In this document: positions 55,390-64,000 of the stretch, one piece after another | How positions within the stretch are numbered: the stretch's first letter is position 1 | How the letters are laid out: the number at the start of each line of letters is the position of its first letter | Origin: a virus | IMG/VR virus record: IMGVR_UViG_3300021963_000030 | Strand: one strand, 5' to 3' | Length of the DNA stretch: 64,000 bases | Made by a program: the position numbers and the translations under genes | Notes under the pieces: generated by a model | Told to the model about the DNA's origin: nothing | Database searches by the model: none | The model's input: the letters and a program-made list of their open reading frames with translations, nothing else

Positions 55390-55597
55390 AGTTTACATCC
55401 AACAAGTTATATTCGACCTCTGTTATCACGGTAATGGAGGATTCTTCCCAACAGAGGTCTATAGTCTACCTGTATACCTACGTAACTTCTATTACAAGAA
55501 ACTAATAGAAGCTAAAGAAAAAGAAGCAGAAGCTCAAAAACAATCGTCAAACCCATCACAAAAGACTGGGAAAATAGATAGACCTACTTTTAAATAG
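55355..55597 (+). CDS. Start-less alternative-frame extension of the tail chaperone (gp51/gpT-like), reached by frameshift
   Basis: Open from TGA 55352 to TAG 55595 with no ATG/GTG/TTG. Encodes FGLTQEYKVYIQQVIFDLCYHGNGGFF...LRNFYYKKL; T7 run at 55363-55369. Confidence 0.7.
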   Translation: MSNFFGLTQEYKVYIQQVIFDLCYHGNGGFFPTEVYSLPVYLRNFYYKKLIEAKEKEAEAQKQSSNPSQKTGKIDRPTFK

Positions 55598-55623
55598 GTA
55601 GATATTTATTAATATATTGACGT

Positions 55624-58275
55624 ATGGCAGATTATAAAGCAGACATTCGCAATCTTCGTAGTGAACTTGATGGCGCAGCTACCAAGTTCAACAAAGACCT
55701 TAACGATGGAATGAAAAAGTTGGGGTCATTAGCAAAAAGTGCTGATGAACTTGGACAAAAAATGCAAAGTGTTGTAGACCCAGCAATGTTGATGGATAAA
55801 GCATTGTCACAGATGGGAGTCAGATATGAAGCACTAAAAACACAAGCACAAAATTATAAAAATGTTCAACAAAAAGCAATATCTGATATATTTGCAATAA
55901 ATGAACAAATTAAAGAACGAAACGCACTAGATGCTAAAGCTAGATCGGGTGTTACACTAACAGCCTCGGAACAACTCCGTCTTCAAAAATTACAATCAGA
56001 TAATTTAGAAACACAAAAATTATCAATTGGAAAAATTGCAAATGAAGCAAGTCGTAATGCAAAAGCAGCAGACGATAATGCAAAGGCTCTTGAGAAACAA
56101 CAACAAACTCTTTCTAAAATACAAGCTGTATATACAACCATAATGTCTCTTGGTGAGAAGTATGACAAGATGTTGAGTGAAGAGGCCAAGGCTCAAGGCA
56201 CCACCAAGGATGAGATTGATAGTCAATACAACACTATTCAGAAGATTAATAGTGAGGTTGGAAAAAATCTTGCAAGTAATCAAGAAATTTTAAAGGCAAT
56301 AACTTCCGCAAGGAAAGAATATGCCCTGACGGAAAGTCAACTCGGAAATATAGGTAAAGAAGCGGCAAACATCAGTCGTTTCACTGGTTTGTCTGTAGAT
56401 GAATCTGTTAAGTTCCAAAACAGTTTGGCTGAAATTGGAGGCACATCACATACCGCTCAAGAAAACATGACTGCTATTGCTCAGTATGCAGCACAAGCAG
56501 CTGGTGTTCCAATTGGTATGGTAATGAAAGATGTTGCCAATGCAAGTAGTGCGGTAAGAACAATATTTAGAGGAAACACAGCCGAGTTAATTAAACAAGC
56601 AGCTGAAGCAAGAAAACTTGGAACCAACCTTGACTCTGCTGCAAAATCAGCTGAAGCTTTATTAAACTTTGAATCGTCAATTGGTGCTGAGTTAAAAGCA
56701 GCTGCTTTGTTGGGTCAAAATTTGAATTTCAATGAATCACGTAGATTGGCGTTTGCGGGAGATTTGATTGGTGCGGAAAAGGCTCTTCAAAAAGAAATTG
56801 AACGAGTTGGTGATCTTAACAAACTAAACTACAATCAACGTAAGGCTTTGTCTGAAGCAACCGGTAAAGATTTTTCAGAACTACAAAAAATTCAGACTCA
56901 AAGAAAAGACATGTTGGAAGCAGAAAGAATGTTTCCAGAAGAAGCCAAGAAGATGAAGAAGGCTCAAGAAGAACTTGCTGCTCTACAAAAGAAGGGACCA
57001 GAAGCAAGGAAAAAAGAACTTGAGCTTATGATGCAACAAAAGACAGCAGAGGCCGAATCTGCTAAGTTGGCACAAGCAAAAGAAGCAGCATTGTTAAATC
57101 TTGGCAAGATTCTCAAACCTGTATATGATATAATACTTGGTATACAAACCTATTTTTTCCAAGCTATAGCCGCAATATTATCATTCAAAGCATCATGGAC
57201 ACAGGTGTTAGGTGCTATTGCAATTGGTGCGACTGTAATATTGACCGCATTCTTTACATTAAAATATGGGTTATCAAAGGTGCTTGACTTTCTTGGTAAC
57301 ATGTTTGGTAAAGCAGCACAATCTGCGGGTGAAGGATTGGGTAAAGGTCTTGAGGGCATATCAAAAGGAATCACTGCTTTAGGAACAGCAGTCGGCGCAC
57401 TCAAGTGGAGTGACATGGCAAAACTAGCAGCTCTATTAGTATTGATTACTGGAGCAGCAATAGGACTAGGATATGCTATGAGTATGTTGGGACAAACAAG
57501 TGCAACACAAATACTAGCATTCACAGCAGCACTAGTAATACTTGGAGCTGGACTAGCAGGTATCGCATTGTTGATGACACCGCCATCACCACTTGGAGCT
57601 GGTTTATTAATCTTTGCTGGAGCATTAGCAATTACATCACTTGCTGCTATTGGATTTGCCAAGGCTATACAAATGGTAACACCAGCACTTGACAAAATTG
57701 GAACAATCATACTTGGGCTAGGAAATATAGTTGCGGGTGTTGTGAAGAATGCGTTTCAAACCATGTATAACGTATTTGTAAAACTACCAGATGTGGTATC
57801 TAAAGTTGCTGGTCCACTAGCCACGTTAGCTCTTGTTTCGCCTGGACTGATAGTGGCAGCTGCTGGTGTAAGCGCATTGACGGTATCACTTGGATTGTTA
57901 ACAACTGCTTTGGTTTTGTTTCCAACCAGTGAGTTAACCAGAGTAACAACACAGTTGAGTTTATTGGCAATGTCAGCAACCGGAATTAGAGTTGCTGCAT
58001 CAGCACTAAAAGATCTTAGTGGTATAGAGTTGCCAAAGATTGAGTTTGGTGGAGTAGCCGCTTTGGCCGCAGTATCTGCTGCTGGGTCTGCCGCAAAGAG
58101 CCAAGAAACACAAGAACTTAAACAAGGACTTGAAGTTGTCGCTCAAAAGATTGAAACTTTGACCAACATGATGGCAAGTGGCGGTATCGCAGTCAACTTG
58201 GATGGACAAAAAGTTAACTATGCTTTGGCAAAATCTTCTAATAATAGAGGATCTCTTGGTCAAGCAACCTTCTAA
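55624..58275 (+). CDS. Tape measure protein
   Basis: 883 aa, Ala/Leu-rich helical, hydrophobic C-terminal stretch ending IAVNLDGQKV; follows the chaperone; TATTTATT at 55603-55610. Confidence 0.8.
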   Translation: MADYKADIRNLRSELDGAATKFNKDLNDGMKKLGSLAKSADELGQKMQSVVDPAMLMDKALSQMGVRYEALKTQAQNYKNVQQKAISDIFAINEQIKERNALDAKARSGVTLTASEQLRLQKLQSDNLETQKLSIGKIANEASRNAKAADDNAKALEKQQQTLSKIQAVYTTIMSLGEKYDKMLSEEAKAQGTTKDEIDSQYNTIQKINSEVGKNLASNQEILKAITSARKEYALTESQLGNIGKEAANISRFTGLSVDESVKFQNSLAEIGGTSHTAQENMTAIAQYAAQAAGVPIGMVMKDVANASSAVRTIFRGNTAELIKQAAEARKLGTNLDSAAKSAEALLNFESSIGAELKAAALLGQNLNFNESRRLAFAGDLIGAEKALQKEIERVGDLNKLNYNQRKALSEATGKDFSELQKIQTQRKDMLEAERMFPEEAKKMKKAQEELAALQKKGPEARKKELELMMQQKTAEAESAKLAQAKEAALLNLGKILKPVYDIILGIQTYFFQAIAAILSFKASWTQVLGAIAIGATVILTAFFTLKYGLSKVLDFLGNMFGKAAQSAGEGLGKGLEGISKGITALGTAVGALKWSDMAKLAALLVLITGAAIGLGYAMSMLGQTSATQILAFTAALVILGAGLAGIALLMTPPSPLGAGLLIFAGALAITSLAAIGFAKAIQMVTPALDKIGTIILGLGNIVAGVVKNAFQTMYNVFVKLPDVVSKVAGPLATLALVSPGLIVAAAGVSALTVSLGLLTTALVLFPTSELTRVTTQLSLLAMSATGIRVAASALKDLSGIELPKIEFGGVAALAAVSAAGSAAKSQETQELKQGLEVVAQKIETLTNMMASGGIAVNLDGQKVNYALAKSSNNRGSLGQATF

Positions 58276-58292
58276 TCTGATATTTATATACA

Positions 58293-60893
58293 ATGGCAAA
58301 TAGTCAAACATTCGTAGAAGGATTAACTAGTGGTGGTGACCAAATCACTACACTAGCCAATATTCAAGGTGCTGGTCTAAAACTACCAGCAGCAACTGCA
58401 GATTTTATTAATATAAGATCTCCAGGCAAAATTCGTGCGTTGTTTGAAACAAACGGTAATGCTGAAAGACTATATTCTGTAAACAAACCAGAAGATGTTG
58501 GTCTAGCAGACGTATTAAGAACAAGATTTGACTATAAGAACCCAAATCAAGGTCAACGATCAAAGGTAACTGGACTAGTCAGAGCAGCTGCTCAAGACGC
58601 AAATTTAGTTAGAAAGTTTTTAGGTTCAACCAAAGGAACTCAATTCATAGTCAAACAATTGATATTACAAGGTTATCAAGCCTTTGACGAAACCAAGGTA
58701 TACAATCCAGGTTCACCTTTGATTGCTGCTTTAAGACCCGCATCATTTGGTTTACTAGACAGACCAACAAGACATCTAGACACCAGTAACGTCATTGGTG
58801 GTATTATCAACGGTGTTGGTCTAGGAAGTGTAGTGTCCACAGTTGGAGCCTTGGTTGGCGGTGCTCCACCACAACCACCTCCACCACGTTCGTCTGTTGC
58901 TAGCACTGCAAGTAACGGATTGGGATTAAGCACGTTGACCAGTTTTGTTGGTGGCGGTGATAGATCCAGTGAAGTTGTAGCACCAATTGCGAGAGGTGAC
59001 GTTAAGGGTCTATTGAGAGGTAATACTGCAACAAACGCATACAACGCAGACAGATACACCAGATTGGTAAATCAAGGTGGTGGATCATTCTTTGGTAGAT
59101 TGTTTACGGGTATAGGTAAGTTCATCCAGAACAATACTGCTATTGGTGGTATTCTTCCCCCAAAACAACCATGGGCTGCCAAGTTTCGTGCTGACGAAGA
59201 AACATATGATTTGTATTTGAATGCCGGAAAACTCTTTGATCCAACTTCAACTGGAATCAAGGGTGGTGGTATTTTGAGTGGATTGTTGAATTCTATTGGA
59301 TTTGGAAAAAGAGCAAATTATTCACAAAAAGTAACACAGAGGTTTTACAATAAATCCAAGAATCAACCAAATCTTTCTAGATTAACAATTACTGGTAATC
59401 TATACAAGTCAAGTCAACCTTCTACAATTTCGTCAATGACTGGCGAAGTTGGTGTATACAATGGATCTGAACCTTTCTTGGTCAATCAAATCACCACAGA
59501 AAAGAACGACAATTCTGTAACGGGTGATACGTTGAAGTATGGTAAATTAGTTACCAGAGGTTATTATGGTGAACAAGAAAGAAGTGACCAACTTCTCAAT
59601 TATAAGGCACTGTTGGATGGAACCAAAAACTTCAACGACACATTTGTTGATGAACAAACATTAACAGTTGAAAAACTTAATTTGACGTTAAATGCTGCTA
59701 TAAACAGCATTCGTGGATCTAACAACGAAAAATACAGTATAAATTCAGAAGGAAAGAGAAATCTAGATCCTCTACAATTTGCGAAATTTGGTTCAGACAA
59801 GATCGGCATGGATTATCTCAAAGATCTTAATGCTAGCAATTTGAATTCAACATCTGTTCAAGAAAACAACACATACCAAGGAAGATTCCGTAGAAACGAA
59901 TCTGCTGGTGTTAGAGTGCCTACAAGACTTGGTGAGGGTCCAAATGATAGATACATTCGACCAACAAACAATGTAGATTATGTCAATGCACTTGAGGTGT
60001 TGAGACCAGATCAATTTGATAAACTATATGCTAACACAGACAAGTTTGGTGTATATGGTCCAGACATAATCAAGTTTTATTTCTATGATATCATTAACAA
60101 GAAATATATTCCATTCAATGCTACTGTTAAGTCTATAAATGACAACAATAATGCAACGTGGGAAACGATTGAATATCTTGGTCGTGCTGATAAGTTGTAT
60201 TATTACAAAGGATTCACACGTAGTGTCAGTTTCAATTTTACAGTGAATGCTCACAGTGTTAAAGAATTGATGCCTATGTGGAACAGAATCAACTACTTGG
60301 TTGGGTTGACTCGACCTGCTAATTATACACTACAACAGTTTGGTGGATTTATGGTATCACCCATGGTCCAATTGACTTTGGGAGATTTCTATAAAAATCA
60401 CAATGTGGTAATCAATAGTTGTAATGTAACGATCCCAGAAGATGCTGGGTGGGAAACTATTCCAGAAGAAGCACAAAAGGATGGTAAAAATTGGTATTAT
60501 GGTCCAAACGGGGCTATATCTTGGGACAGTGCAAACACGTTACTTAACAGTTCGATTGATCAAAGAAAAGCAAATTCAACGGGTCGTGTAGCTCAATTTC
60601 CAAGAACAGCAGATATTCAAATTGAAATGAATGTTCTTGAAAAAGATCTTCCACGAACTGGTAGAGCAATTTGGGGTGATGCTCCTGTCAAGAGTGTAAG
60701 CCTTGAACAATTTGCAGCAGACGTTGAAGCTAGAACTGGTCAAAAACTAGATATTCAAAGAATGAGAAATGATGGAATCACCAGAGTTGATAGTTATGAT
60801 GATGTTCTAAGTGGTGCAAATACGTTTTCTATATACATGAGATATGATAATGATTTGGCAGCTTCTCAACAACCAGCCACAGCTACACCTTAA
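58293..60893 (+). CDS. Baseplate/tail-tube initiator-like protein
   Basis: C-terminal tube-like domain: IPFNA.V..I.D...ATWE...YLGRADKLYYYKGFTRSVSFNF...PMVQLTLGD; TATTTATA at 58281-58288. Confidence 0.65.
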   Translation: MANSQTFVEGLTSGGDQITTLANIQGAGLKLPAATADFINIRSPGKIRALFETNGNAERLYSVNKPEDVGLADVLRTRFDYKNPNQGQRSKVTGLVRAAAQDANLVRKFLGSTKGTQFIVKQLILQGYQAFDETKVYNPGSPLIAALRPASFGLLDRPTRHLDTSNVIGGIINGVGLGSVVSTVGALVGGAPPQPPPPRSSVASTASNGLGLSTLTSFVGGGDRSSEVVAPIARGDVKGLLRGNTATNAYNADRYTRLVNQGGGSFFGRLFTGIGKFIQNNTAIGGILPPKQPWAAKFRADEETYDLYLNAGKLFDPTSTGIKGGGILSGLLNSIGFGKRANYSQKVTQRFYNKSKNQPNLSRLTITGNLYKSSQPSTISSMTGEVGVYNGSEPFLVNQITTEKNDNSVTGDTLKYGKLVTRGYYGEQERSDQLLNYKALLDGTKNFNDTFVDEQTLTVEKLNLTLNAAINSIRGSNNEKYSINSEGKRNLDPLQFAKFGSDKIGMDYLKDLNASNLNSTSVQENNTYQGRFRRNESAGVRVPTRLGEGPNDRYIRPTNNVDYVNALEVLRPDQFDKLYANTDKFGVYGPDIIKFYFYDIINKKYIPFNATVKSINDNNNATWETIEYLGRADKLYYYKGFTRSVSFNFTVNAHSVKELMPMWNRINYLVGLTRPANYTLQQFGGFMVSPMVQLTLGDFYKNHNVVINSCNVTIPEDAGWETIPEEAQKDGKNWYYGPNGAISWDSANTLLNSSIDQRKANSTGRVAQFPRTADIQIEMNVLEKDLPRTGRAIWGDAPVKSVSLEQFAADVEARTGQKLDIQRMRNDGITRVDSYDDVLSGANTFSIYMRYDNDLAASQQPATATP

Positions 60894-60895
60894 TT

Positions 60896-61186
60896 ATGAG
60901 ATATCAATTTACACCAGTTGAAAAACGTTGGGATGGAAACAGAGTATATTCTACAACATATTATCCAGTTATACAACCCGACACCACAGATATTTATATT
61001 ACTGCTAGTGACGAAGATTATTTGGATAGTCTAGCTAAAAAATATTATGGTAACGAAAGTTATTGGTGGGTTATTGCAAATGCCAACAATTTGGGTAACG
61101 GCCGACTATCTATACCTGTAGGCAAACAAATCAGAATACCGGGTAATTTACCACAAATAATGCAATCATTGAAGAATGCTAATTAA
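60896..61186 (+). CDS. LysM-like baseplate wedge protein (gp53/P2 gpX-like)
   Basis: EDYLDSLAKKYYGNESYWWVIANAN...VGKQIRIP. Confidence 0.8.
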   Translation: MRYQFTPVEKRWDGNRVYSTTYYPVIQPDTTDIYITASDEDYLDSLAKKYYGNESYWWVIANANNLGNGRLSIPVGKQIRIPGNLPQIMQSLKNAN

Positions 61187-61191
61187 GTTAT

Positions 61192-64000
61192 ATGGCAACA
61201 ACACCAAATGTTCAGAATCAACCTACATGGGCTAAGCCACAACCAAATGACATCCGTGAAGTAGATGTAAAATGGTGGGAGGCACAAAATATTCCATGGC
61301 AGTTGGTTCGTGAACTTCAACGTCGTAGAAACAACACTAACATTGGTCAAAGTGGTAACACAACCACTGTGATTAATTTTGAAAACGAACATGCTACCTA
61401 CAGAGGTCCAATGACTCCGTGGGTCCGTGCTTTTTCAAACGGAACTGGACAAATTGGAAGTCCAACTGTTCCAGTGAGTAAGTATCTTTTCAAAAATGGA
61501 GCATTGCCAAAATATGATGGATTTATATTAAGCGGCGGTGATGGTTTTGGAAATGCTTATGGATTTACTAAAAAAGGAAATGTTTTGGTCGAGGACAAAG
61601 CTATAATAGGATACCAAGCAAATGGTGAACCTCATTATATTGATCCTAAATATAGAACCAACACGTATTACGATGCGGGTGTCCATTGCCCAGAGGGAGT
61701 AAAGTTTCCACAAAATTCAGTAGTTCCATCTGTTCTTCCACCACCTGGTATTACATCAATCAATGTCAAAACAAACAAAGACATGATGGCCAATGCTACA
61801 ATCAACTGGAAATGCTACAGCTTGGCTCAGTTGGAGTATATGATGCCATTTTGGTTGAGTCCAAAGATCAATGTATTCTTGGAATTTGGGTGGAACTTGT
61901 TTAATATTGATTCGTTAGTTCCACTTGTTGATACCAACGAGTGTTATAAACTAATTCTACGTCCCGAGTTGGCACTTGAACGTTATTATAAATCTTTTGG
62001 TAATTATGGACTAATTACTGGAATTATATCCAAGTATAATTTTTCAACAGACGATGGTTTTGTTTACAATTGCACAACTGAACTAATTTCGAGACAAGCA
62101 ATGTATGCGGGGTATCGTGCTGATAATCCAACTGTATCTCAAGGTCAAAATGAAGGCGAAACAAAGGAGTATGTAAACTTAAAAGACTTCTTTTCAAACT
62201 ATCTTCAATTTACAAAACAAATTGTTGAAGATAGAGGTAACTTTATCAATTACATTTTGAAGAATGCAGAACGTCTTAAGAAGATAGTAAATAAAGACTC
62301 CAAGGATGCCAAGAAATCAGCTGCTCAGTCTCAGCAAATTGGATTACCACCAATAGACAATAGTGGATCTCCAATATTTTATAATGGGTTGCCAGAAAAT
62401 CGAGTATTCATGGGTCGTATACAAGACGTTTACAAAAAAGCAAAGATTCCTAAAAAACCAGAAGCATCATTGAGTGCTGGTCAAATGGATGCTCAACGAG
62501 CCAGTGCAAATTTTGCGGGTGGTTTGGGTGGAATAGGTTTGATGCCTAGACCACAGTTGCCTTTACCAAAACCAGCAATCACAGAAGCAATTCCTTATGG
62601 TTCAACACCTACCAAAGGACCTGCTAGATTTGCAAATAATGGTATTATATCGTTTGCAGATAAATCTACTGATTTTGATTACGAAGATGGATCAAACGAT
62701 GAAGCGTGGTATCAACTTGATTTTGTTTTTGAAATAATCAATTTGTTTTGTTCTGAACCAAAAACAAAAAATAACAAAATTGATATTTCTCAAATTATCA
62801 TTGGGGGTCATCCAAATTTGATATCATGTGATCCAAACGTATTGATTCCAAACTCAATAGCGCCAAAAATCAATATAGGAAGAACTCCGGCAGTGCGTGG
62901 TCAAAGAATAACTGATGGATATTTGGAAAGTTTAGATGCTAATAATAATTTATTTGTTGACCAGTTTTATTGGATTGATTTCAACAAAGAAATTGTTAAT
63001 GGACAGAAAGAAGAAAAAGCAGCTGCTGATAAACTAAAAGCAAATTCTTTGGAAGCTGAATGTGTTACCAAAAGAACATCACCTTTGTGGAAAGCAGCAT
63101 TAAAAGCACAAAATACATTCAAGACAAGAGGATCTCCAAGGGATGATTTGGACGTAATGGTCAATTGGTTATACTACAATATTGGTGGATCATCAAGTGC
63201 GGCATTTCCATTCAGAGAACCTAAGACTGTAGGAAATAGAACTTATCAAGCACATTACTATGGTTATTTGAAAAACATCTATATTAGTAAATCCAGATTG
63301 ATTGAAATTGGTAAAGACCAAGAGTTGAAAACATTGGAACAAATTGTCAATAAAATTCTCAACATTGTAAACGAATCAGTTGATAACTTCTGGAACTTAC
63401 AAGTGGTAAAGAGTGAAACTGGTGGGTTATCGATCATTGACAAAAACTTGTCTTTACCAAGAAAATCTCCAATCTATAAATTTGACATTGGTTCAACATC
63501 TGGTGTAATCAAAAAAATTGATTTTCAAGTAAATCTAACGAATGAACAAGTCAATTCTGTATTATACGGAAGTGGACAAAATGCTGCAAACGATCAAGCT
63601 AGTAAAATTACTGAGATTGCGAACAGCATGGATATTAGTTTGAAAGAAAAGGTGGACAAAATTACCCAGATTAAAACTGGATTGCCAAGTTTGAATTATG
63701 CGGATCGATTTGATGACCGTCAGTTATTGGATGTGGTAAACAAAAAACTGGAAGAGATATCAGCAGAACTTAAGGAACAACAAAGTAAACCACCTGCTGA
63801 ACAAAATCAAACTGTTCCGCATGGTCCTATTATTAATAAAAATGAAGAAATAAGAAGATTGCAAACACAAGGTAAGCAAGATGAAAAAGTCTTGGTTATG
63901 CGTGTTAGAGCTTTGAAAAAAGGAGAAGATCCATATGGTCCAACCGAAGAAACTGCTGGTAAATTTAATCCACTCGTTGAAAATGTTACAACTACCACAG
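61192..64000 (+). CDS. Large baseplate hub-like protein, 3'-truncated by the window
   Basis: Not in the track because no stop lies within the window. Frame 1 from ATG 61192 (MATTPNVQ...PPPGITSINVK...LEFGWN...KFNPLVENVTTTT). I checked the ends and sampled internal lines, not every codon. Confidence 0.7.
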   Translation, partial: MATTPNVQNQPTWAKPQPNDIREVDVKWWEAQNIPWQLVRELQRRRNNTNIGQSGNTTTVINFENEHATYRGPMTPWVRAFSNGTGQIGSPTVPVSKYLFKNGALPKYDGFILSGGDGFGNAYGFTKKGNVLVEDKAIIGYQANGEPHYIDPKYRTNTYYDAGVHCPEGVKFPQNSVVPSVLPPPGITSINVKTNKDMMANATINWKCYSLAQLEYMMPFWLSPKINVFLEFGWNLFNIDSLVPLVDTNECYKLILRPELALERYYKSFGNYGLITGIISKYNFSTDDGFVYNCTTELISRQAMYAGYRADNPTVSQGQNEGETKEYVNLKDFFSNYLQFTKQIVEDRGNFINYILKNAERLKKIVNKDSKDAKKSAAQSQQIGLPPIDNSGSPIFYNGLPENRVFMGRIQDVYKKAKIPKKPEASLSAGQMDAQRASANFAGGLGGIGLMPRPQLPLPKPAITEAIPYGSTPTKGPARFANNGIISFADKSTDFDYEDGSNDEAWYQLDFVFEIINLFCSEPKTKNNKIDISQIIIGGHPNLISCDPNVLIPNSIAPKINIGRTPAVRGQRITDGYLESLDANNNLFVDQFYWIDFNKEIVNGQKEEKAAADKLKANSLEAECVTKRTSPLWKAALKAQNTFKTRGSPRDDLDVMVNWLYYNIGGSSSAAFPFREPKTVGNRTYQAHYYGYLKNIYISKSRLIEIGKDQELKTLEQIVNKILNIVNESVDNFWNLQVVKSETGGLSIIDKNLSLPRKSPIYKFDIGSTSGVIKKIDFQVNLTNEQVNSVLYGSGQNAANDQASKITEIANSMDISLKEKVDKITQIKTGLPSLNYADRFDDRQLLDVVNKKLEEISAELKEQQSKPPAEQNQTVPHGPIINKNEEIRRLQTQGKQDEKVLVMRVRALKKGEDPYGPTEETAGKFNPLVENVTTTT

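Noticed and set aside
1-64000. Stop-codon reassignment, as in some large phages
   Set aside because: Core genes are full length in the standard code, and TAA, TGA and TAG all end genes at sensible boundaries.
1-64000. tRNA, rRNA or other known ncRNA genes
   Set aside because: Intergenic gaps are mostly under 120 nt and hold promoters or terminators; no cloverleaf or T-arm motif was found by eye.

Overview
A 64-kb, AT-rich segment of a large, distantly T4-like contractile-tailed (myovirus-type) phage genome, covering most of the virion morphogenesis region. Recognisable core genes are tail sheath, large terminase, portal, prohead protease, scaffold, major capsid, neck and tail-completion proteins (gp13/14/15-like), tail tube, tail chaperone, tape measure, baseplate proteins and fibres. 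A small replication/recombination block carries a RuvC-like resolvase, a primase and a single-chain Mre11-Rad50 fusion. Accessory genes are interleaved: a glycosylation cassette (GT60, GT4-like, methyltransferase, GT-A-like) directly after a Pro/Thr mucin-like virion protein; a convergent Mom-like/TauD-like pair; and many nucleotide/RNA-acting enzymes (ligase-fold, 2H phosphoesterase, Pol-beta NTases, Nudix, P-loop kinase, HAD). Four signals stand out beyond gene calls: (1) a shared N-terminal MIK[LF]xD[IL]LxE leader on about 11 unrelated proteins, resembling a capsid-targeting/protease-cleavage tag; (2) a start-less ORF behind a T7 run at the end of the tail chaperone, suggesting +1/-2 frameshifting; (3) a TATTTAT[AT] motif before about 21 late genes, usually 3-5 nt from the ATG, suggesting leaderless late transcripts; (4) the candidate phage-encoded mucin-type O-glycosylation system. 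I saw no tRNA, rRNA, CRISPR array, integrase, transposase or reverse transcriptase. All family assignments come from motif recognition by eye; no database search was run.
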